Shown here piece after piece: positions 47,150 to 57,748 of a stretch of 63,599 nucleotides of DNA. Each line of letters begins with the position of its first letter. Positions within the stretch are counted from its first letter, which is position 1. This stretch comes from Planctomycetales bacterium (GTDB lineage: Bacteria > Planctomycetota > Planctomycetia > Pirellulales > S012-138). The notes beneath the pieces were generated by a model, which was given only the letters and a program-made list of their open reading frames with translations, ran no database searches and was not told the origin of the DNA. A program made the position numbers and the translations under genes. Location of the stretch: assembly GCA_015488215.1 (NCBI GenBank), contig WFOE01000064.1, forward strand, positions 1-63,599, read 5' to 3'.

Positions 47150-49099
47150 ATGAAACTCAAACAACTGGGGCCGTACGAGATTCTGGAACCGTTGGGCCGC
47201 GGGGGCATGGGGGCGGTGTATCGCGCCCGGGACGTGGAAAGCGGCGACGAAGTGGCCGTCAAGGTGCTGATTGGATCCCTGGCCTTGGATCCGGGGTTCC
47301 GGGAGCGTTTCGACGCCGAGATCGAAACGCTGAAAATGCTCCGCCATCCCAACATCGTCCGCCTGATCGGCTACGGCGAACAGGACGACGTGCTGTTCTA
47401 CTCCATGGAACTGGTCCGCGGAACCAGTCTGGACGTGGAGCTGAAACGGGGACGCAAGTTCACCTGGGAAGAAGTGCTTCAGATTGGCATCCAGGCCGCC
47501 CGGGGACTCAAACACGCCCACGACCGAGGGATTATCCACCGCGACATCAAACCAGCCAACCTGATGCTGAACGAAGACGGCGTGCTGAAGATTTCCGACT
47601 TTGGCATCGCCAAGCTCTTTGGCAGCACGGGGATGACTTCGGCTGGAGGCGTAATCGGCACGGCCGAGTACATGTCGCCGGAACAGGCCGACGGCAAGCT
47701 GGTCAGCCACCGTTCGGACCTGTACAGCCTGGGAGCAGTGCTCTATTGCCTGCTGGTGGGCCATCCGCCGTTTGTTTCCAAGAGCATCGCCGAAGTGCTC
47801 CACATGCAGAAGTTCGCCACGCCGGAGCCGCTGCGGCGATTCCTGCCGGACCTGCCCGAGGAAATTGAACGAATCATCTTCGAACTGATGGAAAAAGACC
47901 CCCAGCAGCGCATCGCCAACGCCACGCTGCTGGCTCGCCGGTTGCAGGCCACGCTTCACGGGCTGAAACAACAGCAGTGGGAAGAACAACAGCGACGAAC
48001 TCAGGCCGCGTCGGCAAGCGAGGCCCCCGGGGCGACGGCCGCCGCCGATGCGGCCAGTCCCGAGCAAACGGCCGGCTTCACCATAGAACTGCCTGCGGCC
48101 GACGGCCCTTCGGCCAAAACCCGCTCCTCAGGGCTGACTCGATCCGACGAACCGGAACCTCCGCCGGGAGACGAAGAGACCCTGGTTACCCAGGGACCAC
48201 CGGCTTCCGGGGGCGCTACGGACCTTCCACCGACCCGGTCCGACCCGGAATCGCCCCGGCTGCAGCAGGAAACCGTGGCCGCGACACACGCCGCCGCCCC
48301 CAAAGTCGAGACGGAGGAGCGGCCTACCCAGGCCCGGTTTACCGTGGTGCGCGAAGAGGAGCTGGGCAAGCCGCTGGAACCGGAGGAGTCTCCCTGGCAC
48401 ATCTCGCCGCAGACCTGGGTGTTGGTGGCCGTGCTGATCGCCGTGGGATTGACGATCTGGTATCTGTTGCAGCCGCCGTCGGCGGATCGGCTCTATGAAA
48501 AAATCGTCGCCGCCGCCCACAGCAAGGACGAAAACGCCTTGCTGGACATGAAGCAGGAAATCGAAACTTTTCTGGGCATCTACTCCAACGATCCGCGGGC
48601 AGCAGAAGTGGAGAAGTATCTGGAAGAACTCCAGTTGCTCCAGATGCAACGTCGCCTTGCCCTTCAGGCCAAGCGGCTGACGCGCTCCCGAAACCACTCT
48701 CCTGTCCAGGCCGCCTACGTGGACGCGATGCGTCTGGCCTCCCAGGACCCGGCCGAAGCCCGGGAACAACTCCGCGCGCTGCTTGCCCTTTATGAAGGGG
48801 CGCCCGAGGCCAGCTCGTCCGATGACCGCCGCTGCCTGGAACTGGCCCGACGCCAGTTGGAACTGCTGGAGCAACAAGCCCGGCCGTTCGTCGAAAAACA
48901 TCTCGAAACCATCCGGCGCCGCCTGGCTGCGGCCGAGAAGCTGGCCTCCAAAGACCCACAACAGGCCCGGCGCATCTGCCAGGCCATTGTGCAACTTTAC
49001 GGCCGGAAATCCTGGGCGCAAGAGGCGGTACGGCAGGCCCGGGCTTTGCTGGAACGGCTCCCCGGACCGGAAAAGATTGCCGTCGGAAGCGGAAAGTGA
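47150..49099 (+). CDS. Ser/Thr protein kinase with TM and helical C-terminal domain
   Basis: LGRGGMGAVY, VAVKVL, HRDIKPANLML, DFGIAK, and an APE-like SPEQ. Low-complexity linker. TM WVLVAVLIAVGLTIWYLL. The C-terminus is helical-repeat-like. Confidence 0.9.
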   Translation: MKLKQLGPYEILEPLGRGGMGAVYRARDVESGDEVAVKVLIGSLALDPGFRERFDAEIETLKMLRHPNIVRLIGYGEQDDVLFYSMELVRGTSLDVELKRGRKFTWEEVLQIGIQAARGLKHAHDRGIIHRDIKPANLMLNEDGVLKISDFGIAKLFGSTGMTSAGGVIGTAEYMSPEQADGKLVSHRSDLYSLGAVLYCLLVGHPPFVSKSIAEVLHMQKFATPEPLRRFLPDLPEEIERIIFELMEKDPQQRIANATLLARRLQATLHGLKQQQWEEQQRRTQAASASEAPGATAAADAASPEQTAGFTIELPAADGPSAKTRSSGLTRSDEPEPPPGDEETLVTQGPPASGGATDLPPTRSDPESPRLQQETVAATHAAAPKVETEERPTQARFTVVREEELGKPLEPEESPWHISPQTWVLVAVLIAVGLTIWYLLQPPSADRLYEKIVAAAHSKDENALLDMKQEIETFLGIYSNDPRAAEVEKYLEELQLLQMQRRLALQAKRLTRSRNHSPVQAAYVDAMRLASQDPAEAREQLRALLALYEGAPEASSSDDRRCLELARRQLELLEQQARPFVEKHLETIRRRLAAAEKLASKDPQQARRICQAIVQLYGRKSWAQEAVRQARALLERLPGPEKIAVGSGK

Positions 49100-49113
49100 G
49101 CCACCCGGAGCGA

Positions 49114-49419
49114 TCAGCCGCTGGGTTTGGGCATGGCCAGGCTGTGCAGCACCAACACCGAACCAATGGAAATCAACGACCAGCCGAGCCACTCCGGCGG
49201 AGTCCAGGTGTAACGCGTGGGGCGTTTTTCCCGCAGGATTGGCAAGGGCAAGTCTTGTCGTGCGGCGGCGGCCGACTGCTGCAGCTTGTTGCCGAACCGC
49301 TTTAACACGAACTGACTGGCCTTTTCGTTCAGCACGAACGATTCGACCATGCGGAACTCCACGCCCAACAGAATGAGCAGCACGCCCAGGAAGAAGAAGT
49401 GATCTCGGGTCAGTTGCAT
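49114..49419 (-). CDS. Small 2-TM membrane protein (hypothetical)
   Basis: ATG at 49419 (MQLTRDHFFFLGVLLILLGVEF...) with a second hydrophobic segment at the C-terminus. Confidence 0.45.
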   Translation of the reverse strand: MQLTRDHFFFLGVLLILLGVEFRMVESFVLNEKASQFVLKRFGNKLQQSAAAARQDLPLPILREKRPTRYTWTPPEWLGWSLISIGSVLVLHSLAMPKPSG

Positions 49420-49601
49420 GGCGGAGACCCTCCGGCAGGAGCGGCGTTGCCGCCCGCGGGCCGACACCACGCGTGCAGTCCGCGGCGGCGGGACAGGGGT
49501 TCCCCTGGAACCAGATTCGTCAGCCCCTGCGGCGGAAGATGAGCCGGGCAGGGAAAACGCCGTTGGTAGGGCTTATACGCAGCGAAACGAAGGGGGAAAT
49601 C

Positions 49602-51773
49602 TCAACGCCCCGACGCCCCCTCAACCCGGCGGCAGAAAAACTTATGCACCAGACGGCGCGGCGGAGGCGGCGTAATCCAACTAACCAGCACCACCGCCAC
49701 CAGCGATCCGACCAGACCCACAATCACCGGATCGCAGCCCAACAGCCGCACCGGACGGAAGAAACTGCCGTGAAAGAACCATCCGGCCACGTACATGCTC
49801 AGGTGAGCGGCAAACCCGCCCAGCATTCCCGCGAAGGTGCCGGCCAGGTTCACTCGCGGCCAGTAGATGGCCAGAGCCACCGGAGCCAGAAAACAGGCCG
49901 CCAACCCACTGCCCACATAGACGATGATGTCCTGCAAATACTGCGGGGGATTCACCGCCCCGATCATGGCCGCCAGTCCCACGGCCATCGTGGAAAGGTA
50001 AGTGAGCCGCTTGATGCTTTTCTGGGAGACGCCCGGGTTGATGTTCCGCTGGTAGATGTCCCGAACCAACGCCGAGGAAATCATCAGCAGGAAACTATCT
50101 ACCGTGGACATCACGGCGGCAAACGGAGCGGCTATCAGCAGTCCGGCCATCCAGCCCACGCCCAACTGGTCCGTGACGAAAAACGCCATCTCCGGCATGA
50201 TGCGGTCCGAGGCGGCGTCGTGGCCGGGCAGCAGCACCCGGGCACAGCAGAAGATGACCACCAGCGGCAGGTAGATCATCGAGTAATACACCGCCAACAG
50301 AAAGATGGAGCGTTGCAGCGTCAAACTGTCGCGAAAAGCCATCAGGCGGACCATGCTGCTGGGCTGGCCCGCCCCGGAAATGGCCCACATGAAGAAGAAC
50401 GACACGGCCAGACTCAGCGGCAAAAAGCCGTCCAACCCGCCCGGATCGGGCCCCGGCCCTGTAACGTACACCCCCGGCGTGTCGGCCCCGGAAAGCGGGT
50501 CTTCCGTGTGAATTGCTTCCACCCGCAGGTCCGGATGCAGCACGCGTCCCGGGTCGGCAAGAAATTGCTCCCAGGAAACTTTCGCGGCGTGTTGTTGGTA
50601 TAGGCGGCGAAGCTGCCGCTGGATTTCGTGTGGGGAAACCAGTTCGACCACTTCCAGGGTTACCTGCCGACGCCGGGCCGAACCTTGCGCAGGCGGCGCC
50701 GGTGCGGACGCGTCGCGCGTTACCGTTTTGACCGTGCGAAATAAAATCCACGGAGGCAGCCGGTCCAACTGCCCGCTGCGGCGACGGAGCAGTTCCAGGT
50801 GGCGGCGGGCCACCGCAGGGTCTGCCGCGTTGTTCGCTTGGGTTTGCCAGTACTGTTGTTGCTCTTGCAGCCAATCGGCCACCGCGCGGCGATACTGCCG
50901 GGCGGGAACCACCAGCCAGCTTCCCCCGGCCAGTCGCCCAGGCATCTGGCCCTCGGGCCAACTGGCCACCAGATGGCCCTTGCGCGGGGGGACCATCTGC
51001 GCCATGTCCTGTGTGGCTTCGTCCAGTCCGCCGACCAGGTAGAGCGTGGCCGGCAACAGGAACAACACGCCACCGACCATCACCAGCCCTTGCAACACGT
51101 CGGTCCACACCACGGCATGGAATCCGCCGTAGGTGGTATAGAACACCACGGCCAGACCGAACAGCAACAGGCAGAGCAGATACTCCGCTTCGACTCCGCG
51201 GAACCAGGGCAGGGAGTGGGTCAGTTTGCCCAGCCCTTGGGCCGTGGCATGGAACACCGGGGCGTCGCTTAGCAGCCGCTGGAGGATCATCCCGCCGGCT
51301 TTGAACTGGGCCACCAGGTTCACCACCATAAAGAACACGATCAACACGGTGGCCAGCAGGCCCAGCCACGGGCTTTCGAACCGGTCGCGGAGCACGTCCG
51401 GCACGGTGATGGAACCGGCGATTCGGGCCACCTGGTTCAACCGTTTGGCCAGCAGGCCCATGGCGCAAAGCGGCACTACCATGTAGCTGGCAATCCACAG
51501 GGCCAGAATCCAGCCGTGGGAATAAATCTTGGAAGGAAAACCCATAAAGCTGCCGCCCGAGGCCGCCGTGGCGGCGAACGTCAGGGCAAAAGCCCAGGTG
51601 CCCAGGCTGCGGCTGCCCAGAAAGTATTCGCTCAAAAAGCTCCTGGTTTGCAGCAGCCGGTTGGCCATCGCGGCCAGCACAATCACGGCCACAGTGTAAA
51701 CCAGAAACACCACCAGCGCCGCGTTAGCCTGACTGACGGCTAAGGGAAGCGGCAAAGCCCACGCGTTCACCAT
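49602..51773 (-). CDS. Sodium:solute symporter (SSS family, PanF/PutP-like) with a large internal insert
   Basis: SEYFLGSRSLG, GGSFMG, TYGGFHAVVWTDVLQG and GQPSSMVRLMAF match SSS conserved blocks. About 185 extra residues lie between the blocks at about aa 262-445. Confidence 0.88.
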   Translation of the reverse strand: MVNAWALPLPLAVSQANAALVVFLVYTVAVIVLAAMANRLLQTRSFLSEYFLGSRSLGTWAFALTFAATAASGGSFMGFPSKIYSHGWILALWIASYMVVPLCAMGLLAKRLNQVARIAGSITVPDVLRDRFESPWLGLLATVLIVFFMVVNLVAQFKAGGMILQRLLSDAPVFHATAQGLGKLTHSLPWFRGVEAEYLLCLLLFGLAVVFYTTYGGFHAVVWTDVLQGLVMVGGVLFLLPATLYLVGGLDEATQDMAQMVPPRKGHLVASWPEGQMPGRLAGGSWLVVPARQYRRAVADWLQEQQQYWQTQANNAADPAVARRHLELLRRRSGQLDRLPPWILFRTVKTVTRDASAPAPPAQGSARRRQVTLEVVELVSPHEIQRQLRRLYQQHAAKVSWEQFLADPGRVLHPDLRVEAIHTEDPLSGADTPGVYVTGPGPDPGGLDGFLPLSLAVSFFFMWAISGAGQPSSMVRLMAFRDSLTLQRSIFLLAVYYSMIYLPLVVIFCCARVLLPGHDAASDRIMPEMAFFVTDQLGVGWMAGLLIAAPFAAVMSTVDSFLLMISSALVRDIYQRNINPGVSQKSIKRLTYLSTMAVGLAAMIGAVNPPQYLQDIIVYVGSGLAACFLAPVALAIYWPRVNLAGTFAGMLGGFAAHLSMYVAGWFFHGSFFRPVRLLGCDPVIVGLVGSLVAVVLVSWITPPPPRRLVHKFFCRRVEGASGR

Positions 51774-51789
51774 CCGCTGGTCCTTCAGG

Positions 51790-52158
51790 TCAAGTGGGGC
51801 GGTTCGACTCGTTGCCCGATGGCGAAGCGGTTTCCGCTTCCTTTTCCTCAGGGGCTTGCCCCAAATCGTCCAACTGCAAAAACCGGTAGCAGAACCACAC
51901 GGTTACTATCCCGGCCACCATCCACGGAAAAGCCACGCCCCAGAACATCCAACCGGGCATCCCCAGCACCCGCACCTGGGCCAGCCAAGGGAGCCGGCCG
52001 CTTTCCAGGTCCATGTAGCCGGTCAGATAGCAGAACGGCACGGTCCATAACAGGCATAAGGCCCAGATGATGAGAATAAATATCGCTTCGCGACGGCTGT
52101 TCAGGAAGGTAGGGTCCCACTGCCAGTGGCCCTCTTTTTCCGTGGGGTTTTCCGGCAT
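51790..52158 (-). CDS. YhdT/DUF997-like small membrane subunit of the symporter
   Basis: ATG at 52158. Two TM segments with a Trp-rich motif. The stop lies 16 nt upstream of the symporter ATG. From memory, this matches the yhdT-panF arrangement. Confidence 0.55.
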   Translation of the reverse strand: MPENPTEKEGHWQWDPTFLNSRREAIFILIIWALCLLWTVPFCYLTGYMDLESGRLPWLAQVRVLGMPGWMFWGVAFPWMVAGIVTVWFCYRFLQLDDLGQAPEEKEAETASPSGNESNRPT

Positions 52159-52374
52159 GGCGTTCTGCCTCCGGAAGGGGGGCTGTTCGAATGCCGACGA
52201 GCTTATCACCGCCGTTTCTTGCCGCGTCCGTCAACGCGACTTGGCATTGTAGTTAGCCGTCCCAAGCGTTGCAAAAGACATTTGCCATCCTGGCGTAGTG
52301 GAGCAGGGCAACGTGTTCAGGAGATGGCAATCGGCTTTTGGCAGGCCAGATGACACGGGGCCCAGCGAGCCACT

Positions 52375-52484
52375 CATAGAGAAGTCTTGCGTCTTGTGTC
52401 TTGAGCAGGAGCTGCCGTTCCAAGGCAAGAATCGGCTTGCGGCTTGCGCCGTGCGCCTTGCGCGAGGTGCTTCCGCACCAGCGG
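52375..52484 (-). repeat. Intergenic repeat, family R1, copy c (3 x CAAGACN)
   Basis: The reverse complement reads CCGCTGGTGCGGAAGCACC..GCGCAAGGCGCACGGCGCAAGCCGCAAGCCGATTCTTGCC..GCAGCTCCTGCTCAAGACACAAGACGCAAGACTTCTCTATG. Confidence 0.8.
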
Positions 52485-52494
52485 ACAAACAACG

Positions 52495-52524
52495 CTCGTG
52501 CTCGTGCTCCTACTCGTACTCGTA
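52495..52524. repeat. Hexamer microsatellite (CTCGTG CTCGTG CTCCTA CTCGTA CTCGTA)
   Basis: Read directly from the sequence. It lies between the R1 and R2 copies. Confidence 0.7.
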
Positions 52525-52589
52525 ATCGATTCTTATCGCAGCTCGTCTTCGGCGACCGCGAATCGGCACGCAGCGAATCAGCGGCAACT

Positions 52590-52716
52590 GGCGAGCCGCC
52601 GACTTCAGTCGGCGGAGGACGGCACGGCCGTCGGCGACTGGGCGCTTCTGCACCAATGCAGGAATAGGCGTTCTTTTTGCAATCGGACCTCACTGGACTG
52701 AAGTGCGGGGCTCGCC
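52590..52716 (+). repeat. Intergenic mosaic repeat, family R2, copy 3
   Basis: GGCGAGCC-GCCGAC-TTCA-GTCGGC-GGAGGACGGCACGGCCGTCGGCGACTGGGCGCTTCTGCACCAATGCAGGAAT ... CACTGGACTGAAGTGCGGGGCTCGCC. Confidence 0.85.
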
Positions 52717-52720
52717 AAGC

Positions 52721-52858
52721 TTGAATCGGCTTGTGCCCTGATCCCCGCGTGGTGCTTCTGTACCAACGCAAGAATCGACGCGGATTCTCGCACCCGGCAG
52801 ACCCCGAGCTACAGCTTGGGGAGGCGGCCGGGCCTCGGCCACTGAGGGCTTCCGCACC
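52721..52858 (+). repeat. Shuffled R1/R2 module fragments
   Basis: GAATCGGCTTG; GGTGCTTCTGTACCAACGCAAGAATCG; hairpin CCCCGAGC-TACA-GCTTGGGG-AGG; GGCCACTGAGGGCTTCCGCACCGA. Confidence 0.65.
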
Positions 52859-52900
52859 GAACCAAGAACAAACGCAACAACCCGCGCCCAGTCGCCGCTT

Positions 52901-55156
52901 TCACTCAGGATATCCGCCGCGACACCGGTACAGATAAAGCTGCCGCCCGGCGGCCAGAACCAGCACGTTGTGTCGCTGGGCGTACACGAAAGATCCGGCG
53001 TGGATTCTTCCTACCGGGGGCGTGCTGGCCCCGCGGCGCCAGCGGCGTCGTTCCAGATCGAGCACCCAGGCGGTGACCGGACCGCGACGATCCCCCTGCT
53101 GGTGCAAAGCCACCAGACAGCGATGCCGGGAATCCAACGCTACGGCTTCCAGTGCCAGGTCGTCCAGGGCTTCGGCTCCTTCGACCCGCAGTTCCTGCCA
53201 GTCGTTTTGCCGCAGGCGATAGACAAACACCTTGTTGTGCCAGCCGTGCTGCTTCATCAGTCGGATCATCTGGTCCCGGCTCACTAACTGGCCGGGACGC
53301 CACCCTTGCTTGGGCACCTGGGCCAGCAACAGCACGCCCAGCGCCGGGTCGTACATCACTCGGGCGTACTGGCTTCGCTTGGGCGGATGCGGGGCACGCG
53401 CGACCCAACGGCGCCGCTCGGGGCTGAAGGCGAACGTATCCACCGGCTGATAGCCGCCGCTTACGGCCAGGAGCCAGTCCAGCCGGGGCACGTAAACCAT
53501 CCCGCAGTTGGACCCCCAACCCCGCGTGCTTGAAGTGGGAGAAAAGAACCGGTCCCGCAGCAGATCGTAGGCTTGCATGCCTCGGGCTCCGGCCAGCCCC
53601 ACGCCGGTAACCCCGCCCAGGGTCCAGACGAGCTTGCGTTTGGAGTCGTAGCAAAACCCTCGCCCGCAGCCGTTGCCGGGCCGAAGCGCCGCGCCCTGCG
53701 GCGTGAGCCAGGGCTGGTTCGGGCGGCGCAACTGCCACTTGCCCACTTGCAGGTCGAACACCACCACCTGGTTGGTGTAGCTGTAATCCTCATAGGTGCC
53801 CGCCGCGGCTCCCAGGCAACCGCCGATCCAGTACAGGCAATCCGCCTCGGCGTGGTAGTCGAAGCTCGTATCGCCAAACGAGGGGGAGCGGACGCCCGGG
53901 TCGGCCCAGGTGTCCGCCGGCAGTTGTTTCAACACCCGGCGCCATGCCCGCACGGCCGAATCGGCCACCGGGGGCACTTGCCGGGCCATGTGCTTTCGCC
54001 ATTGGGAAGAGACGACAAGTTCCGGTCCACGGCGCAGACGGCGATACCCCGGTGCGGCTCCGAGCGAAAGAAATCCCTGCACCGGGTCGTAACAGACGAG
54101 CACCTGAGCGTCGGAGTCCCAGGCGCAGGCGTCGTGCACCGAAGGGGTATCCGCAGGCGGAGCCGGGTCCAGTTGCCGCCAGCGGTTCTGTGCGGCGTCG
54201 TAGGCCCAGGTGTCCCGATAGTACACCCCGTCCCGATCCCGCCACACCCGCGAACCGTAGCCGTACACTTTGTCCGCGGTGCCGTTTCGCAGCCCCACTC
54301 CGCCAAAGAGAACCACCTGCTTGCGGCGCGGATGGTACGCGGCGGCGGCGTGCCAGCGTGGCGGAGGCGCTTCAGCCGGGCGGCGCTGCTCCCAGCGGTC
54401 GCTTCGCACGTCGTAAGTCCAGGTCTCTCCCAAAGCGTTGAAATAAACGCACAGCCCCGTTGCGGCATCATAGGCCCAGGCCGCATGGGGAGTGGGGCGC
54501 GGCCCTCCGTTCAGGCCCCGTGGTAGCCAGCGCCTGCGGCGGGGCTCGAACACCCAAGTGACGCTTTTCCCTCCCCGGTCGCCCCGCTGCGGAGCGGCGA
54601 CGATGACCCGTTCCCGCGAGGCATAAACAGCCTTGGTCAGCCCGCGAGGTCCCTGGGCGGTAACGAAACGAAATCGGCGCCGCTTGGGATCCAGTTCCCA
54701 AGTGCCCACCCGCGTGTTGCCGAACCAGTGCCGCTCGTCGCCCGGATGCCCGCCAATCAGATAGACCTTGCCCGAGGGCGGATAGTAAACGGCGGCCATT
54801 CCCCGGGCAGGCCCTGGCCGGTCCGGCGACCAGTGCACCTGGCGCGGCAGGCGGACATAGCCGCTGTTGGTCTTGGTGTCCCATCCCCACTGATCGCACG
54901 GCCAGAGCAGTTCCCACTGGCCGCTTTGCGGCCGGTAGAGCCAGGCGGCGTTGGTGTAACTGGGCCAGTAGCCGCCGTAGATCAAAAACCCTTTCCAAGG
55001 CGGAACATAACAGAAAGCCGCCCCCACTCCCGGCGGAAGCTCTCGCCCCAGTAGGTCTTTCGGCGGCGGAGCGACCCGCTGCCAGGAATCGGCCCTGGCC
55101 AAAAGCCCCAGCCCCAACCACACCAGCCCCCAGAACCACAACCAAACCCGAGCCAT
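52901..55156 (-). CDS. Exported Kelch-like beta-propeller repeat protein (two propeller-sized halves)
   Basis: ATG at 55156 (MARVWLWFWGLVWLGLGLLARA). Recurrent hydrophobic-GG ... W-x-(Y/F)D ... W blades run along the whole protein. Confidence 0.65.
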   Translation of the reverse strand: MARVWLWFWGLVWLGLGLLARADSWQRVAPPPKDLLGRELPPGVGAAFCYVPPWKGFLIYGGYWPSYTNAAWLYRPQSGQWELLWPCDQWGWDTKTNSGYVRLPRQVHWSPDRPGPARGMAAVYYPPSGKVYLIGGHPGDERHWFGNTRVGTWELDPKRRRFRFVTAQGPRGLTKAVYASRERVIVAAPQRGDRGGKSVTWVFEPRRRRWLPRGLNGGPRPTPHAAWAYDAATGLCVYFNALGETWTYDVRSDRWEQRRPAEAPPPRWHAAAAYHPRRKQVVLFGGVGLRNGTADKVYGYGSRVWRDRDGVYYRDTWAYDAAQNRWRQLDPAPPADTPSVHDACAWDSDAQVLVCYDPVQGFLSLGAAPGYRRLRRGPELVVSSQWRKHMARQVPPVADSAVRAWRRVLKQLPADTWADPGVRSPSFGDTSFDYHAEADCLYWIGGCLGAAAGTYEDYSYTNQVVVFDLQVGKWQLRRPNQPWLTPQGAALRPGNGCGRGFCYDSKRKLVWTLGGVTGVGLAGARGMQAYDLLRDRFFSPTSSTRGWGSNCGMVYVPRLDWLLAVSGGYQPVDTFAFSPERRRWVARAPHPPKRSQYARVMYDPALGVLLLAQVPKQGWRPGQLVSRDQMIRLMKQHGWHNKVFVYRLRQNDWQELRVEGAEALDDLALEAVALDSRHRCLVALHQQGDRRGPVTAWVLDLERRRWRRGASTPPVGRIHAGSFVYAQRHNVLVLAAGRQLYLYRCRGGYPE

Positions 55157-55276
55157 TTGTTTCTGCCTTTGCTTGCGCAAACCGAAGCAGATTACTGCCG
55201 GAAGTTCCAGCCGCAGCCGCTTCCGGCAACACGCGTCAAAGGCTCAAACGCACGTCTCGGGCGGATGTACTCGCTC

Positions 55277-55780
55277 TTATCCAGATTCTTGTTCCACCAG
55301 CCGGATTGCCTGCTCCAAATCGCCTACCAGCCGCAGCAGGATTTCCCGGGTCAGTTGCATGGGAACTTGCTCTTTGATCCCGGCGGCAGGCTCGGTGTGC
55401 CAGCGCAGCAGTTCCAGCTCGCCGCCGCGGCGGAGCCACAGTTCGTAAAAGTACCGATCCTGGCCCTGCCGGTGCGGCTGGACCGAACGCATCTGCACGG
55501 TGTGGCCCTCCGGGTCGCATTCGATCACCCGCAGCGGCTCCAGCAGGTAGCAGAGCTGCTGGGCCAGGTGGTCGCCCAAACGCCGCAGCGACTCCAGCTC
55601 CACAGTGGCCAGGACCGGCGAGGCGACCGTTACCCGCTGGACCGACGCCCCCAAACGATCCAGCTCTACCAGTTCCACCACGGCCTGCTCCCGGCCCGCG
55701 GTGGCCCGCACCTTTACCGGTGCAGCTAGCGGCAGCGTCAATGGGGCCAGTTGGTTTTCCACGGCTTGTTGCAAACGCAT
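55277..55780 (-). CDS. Hypothetical protein (167 aa) downstream of spoVR
   Basis: ATG at 55780 preceded by GGGAGGAGG. It starts 94 nt after the spoVR stop on the same strand. No motif recognised. Confidence 0.55.
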   Translation of the reverse strand: MRLQQAVENQLAPLTLPLAAPVKVRATAGREQAVVELVELDRLGASVQRVTVASPVLATVELESLRRLGDHLAQQLCYLLEPLRVIECDPEGHTVQMRSVQPHRQGQDRYFYELWLRRGGELELLRWHTEPAAGIKEQVPMQLTREILLRLVGDLEQAIRLVEQESG

Positions 55781-55874
55781 GGAACCTCCTCCCTGTCGGA
55801 CGTGTCGCTTCGGAGGAGAGGCGATGCCCTTTACTCTGCGCATCGGCTCTTTCTCGAGGCGACTTGGATGCTTG

Positions 55875-57422
<1,548 letters not shown>

Positions 57423-57468
57423 CGGCGAATCCTCGAGTTGTAACGGTCGCGCGTGCCCGCGGGCGGTA

Positions 57469-57678
57469 CTACCGTTCCAGCCGTTCCACTTGGAAGCGGG
57501 CGGGCTGGGCCGAATAGATCATGTCCCAGTGCCGGGGCATTTCCAGGGCCAGTTGCCGCCGGGCCAGTTGCACCGCCTGGGACGGATCGGCCGCCTGGAT
57601 TACCGTCTCCAAAAATCCCAGGCGGACGCGAAACCGTTGAGATTTTAGCTTCTTGGTACTCGAAATCGGCGCGTTCAT
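57469..57678 (-). CDS. 69-aa hypothetical protein inserted between yeaH-like and spoVR
   Basis: ATG at 57678 with GAGGT about 9 nt upstream. Coding-like codon usage. No homology recognisable. Confidence 0.5.
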   Translation of the reverse strand: MNAPISSTKKLKSQRFRVRLGFLETVIQAADPSQAVQLARRQLALEMPRHWDMIYSAQPARFQVERLER

Positions 57679-57748
57679 GGTCGGATTACCTCAATCTCAA
57701 TTCCAAGGATCGAAGCGTCGCAATCGAAGTGTTCATAATGAACCGTCG

